Source: an uncultured Planctomycetota bacterium (lineage in GTDB: Bacteria > Planctomycetota > Planctomycetia > Isosphaerales > Isosphaeraceae). From it: 64,000 nt of DNA. The stretch spans positions 384,001 to 448,000 of the forward strand of contig CAWJTV010000005.1 of the NCBI GenBank assembly GCA_963845755.1. Reading direction: 5' to 3'. Each line of letters starts with the position of its first letter. Within the stretch, counting starts at the first letter, position 1. Shown in pieces: positions 54,339 to 62,975 of this stretch. The position numbers and the translations under genes are program-made. The notes under the pieces were generated by a model. The model worked only from the letters and a program-made list of their open reading frames with translations. It searched no databases and was not told the origin of the DNA.

Positions 54339-54583
54339 ATGGCCAGACGCCCGCAACTCCGCTGCTCGCGCTGCGGGGAGCGGGAGGACTTCTTCGTCCG
54401 GATCAGCTCGCTGGTCACGCTGATCCGCGACGCCAATTCGGCCGATGGCCTCTCGATCGACATCTCCGAGAAGACGCCGCCGATTTCGACTGGATCGCGC
54501 TCCATTGCGGGCGATGCGGCCACGAAGGGCCGCAGGAGGAGTTCGAGATCAGGCCAGTCGCGAGAGTGGCCACAGGGTCTTGA
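54339..54583 (+). CDS. Small Zn-ribbon protein, probable frameshift ~54480
   Basis: LRCSRCG in one frame pairs with LHCGRCGHEG in the next. Confidence 0.55.
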
Positions 54584-55014
54584 GACGATCGCGACGCGGG
54601 TCCAGGAAATCATCGGCCCTGAGTCGTCCTGGCCACGGCGGGGCGCGCGATCTCGTGCGGGGATTCACCGGTGTTTCCCACGGCACCGAGGCGCCGGCCC
54701 CGGCCCTGGCCGAAGTTGATTAACGTTAATGGATCTCGAGGACCGGAGACACCTCGCCGCGAGGATCGCCTCGATGCTGCCCGAGCAATGGCGTGCACGG
54801 GTCCACCCGGTGTCGTCAGACTCACTCTTCCGGGGCCGTTCCCGCGACCAGAGAAAGTTCCAGGACGATCGCATCGCTGTGGCCATCCGACCCGACGCAC
54901 CGGCCTGGACCGAGGACAACCGCGGCGACGTCCTTGGGACGTCGTGCGCTCGGCGCATCCGAGACGGTCGCCCTTCGCTCCGTTCTGAAATGCATTCGAG
55001 AGAGGAGGTGAGAC

Positions 55015-55227
55015 TTGGCCGCTGTCTGGCTCAAGGTGCGGATCGACGTCGTCTTGGTCGGGCCGGAACGCGAAGTATCGGGGCCGGAAGCGACGGCGGC
55101 GGCCCGGGAGGCGGTCTGCAATGCCCTCCAGGCCGCCCAGGAAGCGGGCTTCGATCACGATCGGGCCGATGATCTTTCCCTGACGGTCAACTACGTCGAG
55201 GTAGCCGACTTCGATGCGACGGTCTGA
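55015..55227 (+). CDS. Hypothetical protein
   Basis: GAGGAGGT RBS with TTG start; 70 aa. Confidence 0.6.
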   Translation: MAAVWLKVRIDVVLVGPEREVSGPEATAAAREAVCNALQAAQEAGFDHDRADDLSLTVNYVEVADFDATV

Positions 55228-55270
55228 TTGCCCGATCCCGATTTACCCCGAGTCGAACAGGAGGCCGAAG

Positions 55271-55693
55271 TTGACCGATTGGTATTCGCTGTCCGGCCGC
55301 GTCCTGCTCCGCCAGTGTCCCGAGGCCGGCGCGATCGTCGCGCAGCTCCGGGACCTCTGCCAGGACGGGCTCGGCATCATCACGAAGGAGTTGAGCAGCA
55401 ATCAGATGGAATTGACCGTCCAGGGCCACGCCGAGCTGGCCGAGGCCACCGTGCGGGAGATCGAGCGGCTGCTCGAATCGCTCGGCCCCTTCGCGCTGGA
55501 CGCGGAGGTCTTCGAGAAGCAGTTCAATCACCTCCCGCGCGCGGTGGTCGTGGTCCGGCCGGGCGATGACGGGCGGGTCCTGCTGAGCGGTTATCGGATG
55601 GGGCAGATCCAGGATCTGATCGCGGACCTGGTCCCGGATCACCGCGCCTGGCTCATCGACCTGCTCCGGGAGCCGAAAGACCAGAGGGCCTGA
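55271..55693 (+). CDS. Hypothetical protein (paralog A)
   Basis: AGGAGG RBS with TTG start; aligns by eye with 56366..56782. Confidence 0.65.
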   Translation: MTDWYSLSGRVLLRQCPEAGAIVAQLRDLCQDGLGIITKELSSNQMELTVQGHAELAEATVREIERLLESLGPFALDAEVFEKQFNHLPRAVVVVRPGDDGRVLLSGYRMGQIQDLIADLVPDHRAWLIDLLREPKDQRA

Positions 55694-55796
55694 GCACCCG
55701 CCGTGGGCCGGCCGGCACCGCACGCCTCGCCTGCCGATGGCGTGCTGGCTTGCCGGCCGCTCCTGGCAGGACCGGCTCACGAGTCGGAGAACCCCC

Positions 55797-56285
55797 ATGA
55801 TCGACGTGCCTTACGTGCTGGTGGGAAAGCAGATCCCCCGTCACGCGGTCCCCGAGGGTCGTGAAGTCCATCCGGCTCCGTGCATCTTCTGCGGCGCGCC
55901 GATCGAGCACGTGGATGACGGCGGGATCGGCCGGCTGCTCGGTGCACGGGTCGACGGCGAATCGTGGGTTTACCTGTACTGCAATTCGGGTCCGTGCGCC
56001 CAGAGATCGGCGCCGTGGATCTGGCGGTGCGGGTGCGTCCCGGATTACGCCGAGAACGTCCGCGGTCATTGCTACCAGTGCCGGAAACCCCGGCATGAGG
56101 CGGAGCCGTACGATCGGGTCGAGTGCCCCGTCTGCGGCGAGGCGCACCGCCTCGACGACCGCCTGGGGATCGGCAACGGGAGGTGCCGGTCGTGCACCGC
56201 CGGGCCGGCCTACCTGCCGGTCCTTCACGAGACTCCCGAGTGGACGCCGTTGCGGGCGCTGCGGGGCGGTGTCCATGGCGAATGA
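55797..56285 (+). CDS. Cys-rich multi-zinc-finger protein
   Basis: CIFC, CNSGPC, CGC, CYQC, CPVC and CRSC motifs; GGAG RBS. Confidence 0.65.
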   Translation: MIDVPYVLVGKQIPRHAVPEGREVHPAPCIFCGAPIEHVDDGGIGRLLGARVDGESWVYLYCNSGPCAQRSAPWIWRCGCVPDYAENVRGHCYQCRKPRHEAEPYDRVECPVCGEAHRLDDRLGIGNGRCRSCTAGPAYLPVLHETPEWTPLRALRGGVHGE

Positions 56286-56365
56286 GATCGAGCGAGCGTG
56301 GTCCGGTCCTGGAGGACCAGGCCGGGCTGTCGGAGGAATCCCGCCAATTCCGCGAAGGTGAGAAA

Positions 56366-56782
56366 TCGAGCGCATTCTACGAGGTCTACGGCACGATCCG
56401 CGTTCGAACCGGCGCGAAAGCGAAAGCGATCGTCGCCCGGCTCAGGGACTTTCCCCAGTACGGCATCGAGATCGACAGCGACGAGTGCGAGCCGGGTGTC
56501 GTGTCCATCTCGCTCGAGGGCGGGAGTTCCTTTGCGGCCGGTGAAGTCCTCGACTTCGACAAGCTGCTCCAGTCGCTCGGCTCCCATGTCGTGGAGCCGG
56601 CGGTCCTGGACACCGAGTACGAAGGCGAAGACGGGGAGCTGGTCGTCGCCCGCTCCGACGCCGAGTCGGCAGAGACGCTCAGCCGGCATCGATTGGAGCA
56701 GATCGACATCCTGCTGCGCGATGTCACGCCGGAGGATCGGACGAAGCTGGCCGATAAGCTCCGATCTCTCCCGGCTCAGTAA
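56366..56782 (+). CDS. Hypothetical protein (paralog B), start codon uncertain
   Basis: SAFYEVYGTIRVR...AIVARLRD...LLQSLG...LSRHRLEQI parallels paralog A. Confidence 0.6.
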   Translation, partial: SSAFYEVYGTIRVRTGAKAKAIVARLRDFPQYGIEIDSDECEPGVVSISLEGGSSFAAGEVLDFDKLLQSLGSHVVEPAVLDTEYEGEDGELVVARSDAESAETLSRHRLEQIDILLRDVTPEDRTKLADKLRSLPAQ

Positions 56783-57000
56783 ACCATCCCTGTTGACCAT
56801 GATCCCTCGGGCTTGAGTAACGATTGCTCATGGTTCCGGGGCGGATTCCTGCGGTCCGTTCCACGTAGTCCATCCGACCAGACCCCTGATCGGCCCATCC
56901 ATTCGGCAGGGCCGGTCGAGGTCCGCATTCATCCCGCTTACGAACGGTTCTATCACGGACCGTTCCCGGCGGGGGCGGTCCCAGCATCAAGGAGACCGCC

Positions 57001-57615
57001 ATGTCCATCGCATCATTGAACGACGCCCGGCGCGAGTTCACGGCCCACCTCCCGGCCGTCGAGAACGCCACCCGCTTCGCCTTCCGGCGCCGGCGGCTGA
57101 GGCGCCAGGATTACGAGGACGTCCTGGCCGAGGCCGTCGCCGCCTGCTGGAGCGCCTGGGTCGGACTGATCTCCCGCGGCCGGGACCCGCTGTAGGTCGG
57201 CGTCTCCGGCATCGCCAACTACGCCATCCGCTACGTCCGGAACGGCCGCCGGATCGCCAACCGGTCAGGCGGCCGGGGGGCCATGGACGTCTATCACAAG
57301 AAGGCCCAGAAGGTTCTTGGTTTCCGGGTCATCAACTCCGGCGGCGACGAGACTGTCAACGAGGAGGACGCGGGGATTTGGACCAACTGCTGCACCCCGG
57401 CAGACGAGGCGTGCTTTCGCGTCAACTACGCGGCGTGGCTCGAGGCCCTGGCCCCGCGACGACGGACGACGGCCGAGCTGCTGGCGGCGGGGCACGGGAC
57501 GCTCGAGGTGGCGCAGCAAGTGGGCGTGACCCCGGCCGCGATCAGCCAGGCGCGGTCCTGGTTACACCAGAACTGGCGACGGTTCCAGGGCGACGGGCCG
57601 GCGGCGTGCGGGTGA
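57001..57615 (+). pseudogene. Sigma-70-like/HTH regulator with in-frame TAG at 57193-57195
   Basis: One frame across the stop: region-2-like EDVLAEAVAACW, then TPADEACFRVNYAAWLEALAPRRR...EVAQQVGVTPAAISQAR (region-4-like HTH). Confidence 0.7.
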
Positions 57616-57744
57616 AGAGTTGCTGGGTTCTCGCAGCAGTCCGCATCCCTGTTCGTACCCTTGTCTCAGCACTCGCGAGCGGCCGGACCCTGGTCGCCCG
57701 GAAAGCGTGATTCGTTGTCTTGATCCCGTTCCCTCGGAGGTGAA

Positions 57745-58734
57745 ATGCCCACCTTGCTTGACCACCTTGATACCGATCCCGTTTCGAGCCACGGCGTCGC
57801 CGTCACGACCAGTGCGGCCCAGCGGCTGCGCACGACCATGGCCGCCTGCCGCGTCTCGTTTACCTGGTGGGGCGTCCAACGCACGCTGACGTCCGAGCAG
57901 AAGGCCCAGGCCGCGCAGGCGTTCGACGCCGAGGGCGAGTTCCTCTCCGCCGGCAAGAAGTTGCTCGACACGAAACACACGGCGTTCCGAGCCGTGACGG
58001 CCATCCGCATCAGGATCGGCGATTACTGGAAGGGCCTCTCGCTCCCATTCCCGGAGTCCGGAGTCCGACTCATCAAACTGGAAAGCGTGGAGGAGTTCGA
58101 CCGCCAGATGGCCGACTATCGCGCCGAACTGGACGACGCGGTCGCCAATCTCGATCGCCATTTCGAGGAGCTGAAGCAGGCGGCGGCCCGCCGGTTGGGC
58201 TCGCTCTACAATCCGTCGGATTACCCGGAGACGCTGATCGGCCTCTTCGGCGTCTCCTACGACTTCCCCTCGATCGAGCCGCCGGATTACCTGGTCCAGC
58301 TCTCGCCCGGGCTCTACGAACGCGAGCAGGAGCGGGTCCGGGCCCGGTTCGAAGAGGCGGTTCGGCTGGCCGAGCAGGCGTTCGTCAACGAGTTCGCCCG
58401 CCTGGTCAACCATCTCACGGAGCGAATCTCGGGCACCAACGAAGACGGGACGCCGAAGGTGTTTCGCGACACCGTCGTGGGCAATCTCGACGACTTCTTC
58501 GAGCGTTTTCGCTCGTTGAACGTCCGGTCCAATCAGCAGCTCGACGACCTGGTGGCCCAGGCCCAGCGGGCCGTACGAAATGTCGGCGCGCAGGACCTGC
58601 GCGACAGCGAGGCAATCCGGAGCCAGGTGGCCACCCAGCTCTCTCGGGTTCAGTCGTCGCTCGACGCCATGCTGGTTGACCGGCCGCGGCGGCGGATCCT
58701 CCGCAACACGCCGAACTCGGAGTCTGAATCGTGA
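57745..58734 (+). CDS. DUF3150-like helical protein
   Basis: RVSFTWWG, AGKKLLD, SLPFPESGVRLI, RLGSLYNPSDYP and coiled-coil character; GGAGGT RBS. The family call is from memory of the motif pattern. Confidence 0.6.
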   Translation: MPTLLDHLDTDPVSSHGVAVTTSAAQRLRTTMAACRVSFTWWGVQRTLTSEQKAQAAQAFDAEGEFLSAGKKLLDTKHTAFRAVTAIRIRIGDYWKGLSLPFPESGVRLIKLESVEEFDRQMADYRAELDDAVANLDRHFEELKQAAARRLGSLYNPSDYPETLIGLFGVSYDFPSIEPPDYLVQLSPGLYEREQERVRARFEEAVRLAEQAFVNEFARLVNHLTERISGTNEDGTPKVFRDTVVGNLDDFFERFRSLNVRSNQQLDDLVAQAQRAVRNVGAQDLRDSEAIRSQVATQLSRVQSSLDAMLVDRPRRRILRNTPNSESES

Positions 58735-58976
58735 AACTGCTCGTCAAACCCGACGGGACGGTCCTGGCGATCTACGACGAGATGATCGATCTCAGCGTGC
58801 TGGGCCGTCCTACGATCACCCGGGCCAGCCAGGTCGAGCCCGACGAGCAGGGGCGCTGGCGGGCCGACCTGACGCCGGTGGGTGGACCCGTGCTCGGTCC
58901 ATTCGATCGCCGCAGCCAGGCCCTGGACGCCGAGCACGACTGGCTGGAACGCAACTGGCTGAACGGCTCCGTCTGA
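58731..58976 (+). CDS. Small hypothetical protein
   Basis: GTGA overlap with the upstream gene; IYDEMIDL..LG..TITRASQVEP...W.ADL.PVGGPVLGPF..RS.AL.AE..WL. Confidence 0.75.
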   Translation: MKLLVKPDGTVLAIYDEMIDLSVLGRPTITRASQVEPDEQGRWRADLTPVGGPVLGPFDRRSQALDAEHDWLERNWLNGSV

Positions 58977-59156
58977 AACCCTGCTCTTCTTCGTTCGACC
59001 TTCCCGCGGCCGGCATCCGGCCGTCTTTTCCTTCACTACCCTCGACATCACCCCGCGCCCGGACCCGCAGTGCTCCTCATCCCGGCGCACCCTGGCCGCG
59101 AGGTGGGTGCGCCGCCGAGATGCGGGGCACCAGGCCGGCTCGGGAGGAGTAACACC

Positions 59157-59471
59157 ATGACCCGGACCCAGCTTAATTGTTCGATCGCCGCGCGTACCGG
59201 CGAACCGCTTTCCGTCATCCGCCGCCTCGGATTTCGCCTCCTGGTCGAGCCGAGTGAGGAGCCCGTCGCCGAGGAGATCCGCCTGGTCGTCCACTGCCCG
59301 TTCTGCAGCGGCCAGGTGCCGTATCCCGGCCAATCCCGCGACGGCTCGAACGCCCTGGCCGAGTGCCACGGCTGCGATGTCTATTTCGAGTTCGAGGACC
59401 GCGACGTCTTCCCGGCCAGCTCGCGGGCGGCCGTGACCTCGCTGTCTCGTCGCCGTTACATCCCCGCCTGA
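59157..59471 (+). CDS. Small protein with N-terminal helical motif and C-terminal Zn ribbon
   Basis: GGAGGAG RBS; IAARTGEPLSVIRRLGF, then CPFC...CHGC. Confidence 0.7.
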   Translation: MTRTQLNCSIAARTGEPLSVIRRLGFRLLVEPSEEPVAEEIRLVVHCPFCSGQVPYPGQSRDGSNALAECHGCDVYFEFEDRDVFPASSRAAVTSLSRRRYIPA

Positions 59472-59547
59472 CCGCCAACGCATCCGCTCCTTGGCCGTAG
59501 CCCGAATCGTTCACTGGCCCGATTCACCGAAACAGGAGTCTTCCTGA

Positions 59548-61026
59548 ATGATCACCTTGACCCGAAACCAGGTCCGGCGGCTCCGTGTCGCCTTCCGCCG
59601 GGCGGCCCTGGGCATCACCCATCGGGGGACCGTCTCCGAGCTTGTGCTCCGCGCCGAAGGGAGTCAACTACGGGCGCAATATCGGTACTGCGACCTGGCA
59701 ATCGAGCACGTCGAGCCGGGTAGCTACCGGCCGGCCATGAGCCTCGCCATCCCGCTCGATGCCCTGGCCGACTTCGAGGGCTCAGCCGACTCGCCCGTCG
59801 TCCTCGAGTCGGTCGGCCCCGATCGGACCGTCGTCCGCTGGGAAGATCGGGGCATTCCCCAGAGCCGCGAGTACAACCTCGTGACGCCCGTCGATCGCGT
59901 GGAGCCGATGCCGGCGTCACCCGCGACCTGGGCATCGAATCCGGCCGACTTGCTGGACGCCCTGGCGGTGGCGACCGAGATCGGCCTCCCCGACTCGCCG
60001 CGCTACTCCTTGGAGTGTATCCAGCTTCAGGGGAACCACGGCAAGCTCCTGGCCACGGACGGCCGGCAGGGCCTGGTTCGCTCGGGCTATACGTTCCCCT
60101 GGTCTGACAACCTCCTGATCAAGGGTCGCCCAATCTTCGGCTGCCGGGCGATCCCTCACGATCAGCCGGTCGAGGTCGGAAAGACCGACACCCATGTCGT
60201 GATCCGCGCCGGGGCCTGGACGATCTACTCCGAGATCCAGAAGGAAGCGCGGTTCCCCGACCTGCAGCGGGTGATTCCCACCGACGGTGAGGTCTCGACC
60301 CGGCTGCGGCTGGACCCGGCGGACGCGCGGTTCCTCGAATCCGCCCTGGACCGCCTGCCCGGCGGCGACGAACTGAACAGCCCGGTAACCCTGGAATTGA
60401 ACGGCCGGATTGCCGTCCGGGCCAGCGCTGCCGACCAGACCGAGCAGGTGATGGAGCTGATCCTCAGCCGGTCGAGTTATTCCGGCTCGCCGCTCTGTAT
60501 CGCGACGAATCGCGTCTTGCTCGATCGGGCTCTCCGGTTGGGCTTCACGGAAGTCGGCTTCGCGGGAGTCGATTCGCCGTTCGTCTGCCGCGCTGAAGGG
60601 AAGATGTTCACGGTCCAACCCCTGAGCGGCGGGTCGCCGCTCGACGGGAACGCGCACGTGACGCGGATCGAGTCGAGCGCGGCGACCGGCGCCGCGAGTC
60701 GTGTCCCAACCCGCAACGAGAGCACGAGGAGACCGATGTCGGAATCCGCCGGGAGAAATGGCCACGCGACACGGGCCGCCGAAACCCATGGCCACATGGC
60801 GGCGACACGGGCCGAGACGACGAGTCCCTCCGGCGCCGAGCCGCCCGGCACCAACCTGGCCGCCCTGATCCAGGAGGCCGAGTCCCTGCACGCTGCACTG
60901 GCCGACGCGAAATCCCGAACGAGCCACCTGATCGCCGGCCTGCGGCGCCAGCGCAACCAGTCTCGGCTGGTCAGCGAAACCCTCAGATCGCTCCGCGAGC
61001 TGAAGCTCCAGGATGTCGTCGCCTGA
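59548..61026 (+). CDS. DNA polymerase III beta-clamp (DnaN)-like protein with C-terminal coiled coil
   Basis: [18 protein letters not shown] and [12 protein letters not shown] parallel the DnaN motifs VATDGHRL, FPDYxRVIP and IxFNxxYLLDAL. Confidence 0.55.
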   Translation: MITLTRNQVRRLRVAFRRAALGITHRGTVSELVLRAEGSQLRAQYRYCDLAIEHVEPGSYRPAMSLAIPLDALADFEGSADSPVVLESVGPDRTVVRWEDRGIPQSREYNLVTPVDRVEPMPASPATWASNPADLLDALAVATEIGLPDSPRYSLECIQLQGNHGKLLATDGRQGLVRSGYTFPWSDNLLIKGRPIFGCRAIPHDQPVEVGKTDTHVVIRAGAWTIYSEIQKEARFPDLQRVIPTDGEVSTRLRLDPADARFLESALDRLPGGDELNSPVTLELNGRIAVRASAADQTEQVMELILSRSSYSGSPLCIATNRVLLDRALRLGFTEVGFAGVDSPFVCRAEGKMFTVQPLSGGSPLDGNAHVTRIESSAATGAASRVPTRNESTRRPMSESAGRNGHATRAAETHGHMAATRAETTSPSGAEPPGTNLAALIQEAESLHAALADAKSRTSHLIAGLRRQRNQSRLVSETLRSLRELKLQDVVA

Positions 61027-61127
61027 CCAGACATCTCGAGACACCAGGCCGGCGTGCCACGGGCTCGATTAACGTTAGGCCGAATCGCCGGCCCGGTCCC
61101 ATCCCTGTCATGAAGGAGGCCCACACC

Positions 61128-61610
61128 GTGTCCTTGAAGTTGAACGTCGGGGTCTCGCGCAAGGTCGGCCAGCCGGATTACGGCTCGGTCGGCGCCTCGT
61201 GCCACCTCGAGCTGGAGATCGACACCGGCCTGCTGGATCGCGACCTGGATGCCTTCCATGCCCGGGTCCGTTGCGCATACGTCGCCGCCCATCAGGCCGT
61301 CCACGACGAACTGGCCCGCTTGAACTCGCCGGTTGCGGCGCCGCAAAACGCGCCGGCTTCACCGCCCCGCCAGACGACCCATGGCCACGCCAACGGCAAC
61401 GGTCGCACCGACCCTCCGCCGGCCGGGCGATCCCGAACTCGCAAGCCGGCGACCGAGAACCAAATCCGGGCGATTCGCTCCATCGCGACCCGGCAGCATG
61501 CCGACCTTGAGGGCTTGCTGCAGGAGTTCGGAGTCGATCGGCCGGAGGATCTGAGCCTGCCCCAGGCCAGCCGGCTGATCGACACCCTCAAGGCGGCAAG
61601 CCAGATCTGA
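61128..61610 (+). CDS. Hypothetical two-domain protein
   Basis: [33 protein letters not shown] domain, a disordered linker, then ATENQIRAI...[14 protein letters not shown]. Confidence 0.75.
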   Translation: MSLKLNVGVSRKVGQPDYGSVGASCHLELEIDTGLLDRDLDAFHARVRCAYVAAHQAVHDELARLNSPVAAPQNAPASPPRQTTHGHANGNGRTDPPPAGRSRTRKPATENQIRAIRSIATRQHADLEGLLQEFGVDRPEDLSLPQASRLIDTLKAASQI

Positions 61611-61672
61611 GCAGCCGTCGGTAAGCGTCGAGGACAACCCGGAATGACCATCCATCGAATGGAGGACCTGAC

Positions 61673-62267
61673 ATGGGCTTGACGGTCGCCGAGAAGACCC
61701 ACTGGCGAGACCGGATCGAGGCCAAGATCAACCGTCGGATCGAGGGGATCCTGACTGGCGATCCCGGCCTGCTGGACCGGATCAAGCTCTCGGCTCGAGG
61801 GCGCACCCTGGCCTCGCTGGGACTGGCCGAGTTCCAATCGGAACTGGACCAGATCGCCGCCCAGAAGGAGGTGCTCGCCCGGCGCGAGCGGCGTGCCCAG
61901 CGCGCCATGCTCGCTCGGGTGCGCGGCGTCGAGATCGACCAGATCGAAGAAGTCTATTACGGCCGACACGAGACCGAGGTCACCAGGGCGGTTTCCCAGC
62001 GGCAGGCGGTTCACGAGGACGAGTTGCTGGCCGAACACGAGGTCGGCCGCCGGATTCTCCAGCTCCGCGCCGAGAAGGATCGTTTGCTCGACACGGTCTG
62101 GCTGGCCTGTTCTCCGGCCCAGATCCGCCAGCTCTGGAGCAAGGTCGGCGAGTTGCTCGGCGACGAGCCGACCCAGCTCGAGCGCGAGGCGCTGGGTCGG
62201 CGACGAGCCGACCCAGCTCGAGCGCGAGGCGCTGGCGATCCCGCCGGCCGGCGAGGAGGGCGGATGA
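61673..62267 (+). CDS. Coiled-coil hypothetical protein; 3' end frameshifted by a 40-bp tandem duplication
   Basis: GGAGG RBS; removing one repeat copy gives ...GDEPTQLEREALAIPPAGEEGG and a stop at 62267. Confidence 0.7.
62157..62235 (+). repeat. Tandem duplication with 40-bp period
   Basis: TCGGCGACGAGCCGACCCAGCTCGAGCGCGAGGCGCTGG at 62157-62195 and 62197-62235. Confidence 0.95.
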
Positions 62268-62593
62268 GCCGACCCTATCCGAATCGTCGTCGGAAGCGTC
62301 CGGGCCGGCGTCCGCCGCATCGCTATCGTGGTGGCAAGCCGCCGGTCCGGCCGAACAGCTTCATGGACTTCGGCCTGAGACAAGTCTACGACCTGATATT
62401 CCCGACCATTCGCGGACGAGATCGGAAGACGTTTTTCAATCAGGCCAGTACGGGGTCTGTCGTGGCCATGGGATTCATAGCCGCGTTCATGGGGTACGAG
62501 GGAGCCGGTCTCCCCGGTGCGATCCTCGGCGGCGTCGCGGCGATGGCGCTGTCGGACCACGCGCTCCGCAAGCATCGTTTCTACCGTCCCTGA
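62264..62593 (+). CDS. Small membrane protein with Arg/Pro-rich N-terminus and Gly-rich hairpin
   Basis: GAGGAGG RBS with ATGA overlap; two hydrophobic Gly/Ala-rich segments. Confidence 0.65.
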   Translation: MSRPYPNRRRKRPGRRPPHRYRGGKPPVRPNSFMDFGLRQVYDLIFPTIRGRDRKTFFNQASTGSVVAMGFIAAFMGYEGAGLPGAILGGVAAMALSDHALRKHRFYRP

Positions 62594-62615
62594 GGCGACT
62601 CCCATCAACCAGACT

Positions 62616-62658
62616 GGCTGGCCACGGCTACGGCCGTGGCCAGCCTGCTCTCTTTCTT
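62616..62658 (+). terminator. Probable intrinsic terminator closing the module
   Basis: Perfect 13-bp stem GGCTGGCCACGGC/GCCGTGGCCAGCC with a TACG loop, then TGCTCTCTTTCTT. Confidence 0.7.
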
Positions 62659-62975
62659 AGCCCTCGAGGAAAACTTCGAACCGGACGAGCGATCGGAGCC
62701 CTGTCCATGTTGGCCAACCGGCCTGTCCCGTGCCTCGCGTCAGCCTGCGTAGACGTCCCGGTGCCCGTGAGGACTCCAAAGCTGCCGGGTTCATAACTCA
62801 TCGTCGATTGCTGGGGGTCATCTGGACCGAGAGAATCCGTGCCACTGGCCTGCAGGCGGTAGCTCCCGAGCACCGAGTCATCCTCGAACGACGAAGGGAA
62901 GAACGGCGACATGCTAGTCGGCCCATGAATTGCGAGGATTGCTTTCGAAAGACCTCGAAGAGAAAGGGTTGATCG

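Larger units (their letters stand above)
49724..62593 (+). mobile_element. Co-directional phage/ICE-like gene module of mostly uncharacterised proteins
   Basis: About 20 short plus-strand genes, many with clear RBSs: AAA+, sigma-like, clamp-like and Zn-ribbon proteins. No integrase or structural genes in the window, so mobility is inferred. Confidence 0.55.

Noticed and set aside
57193..57195. Pyrrolysine or recoded TAG
   Set aside because: No pyl genes in the window and other genes here use TAG as a normal stop (for example 8160, 31095 and 49135).
61021..61080. Possible integron attC site (GCCTGAC...GTTAGGC, 60 bp, just after a stop codon)
   Set aside because: The left box lacks the conserved AAC, the L boxes do not pair at canonical spacing, and no other attC or integrase is present.
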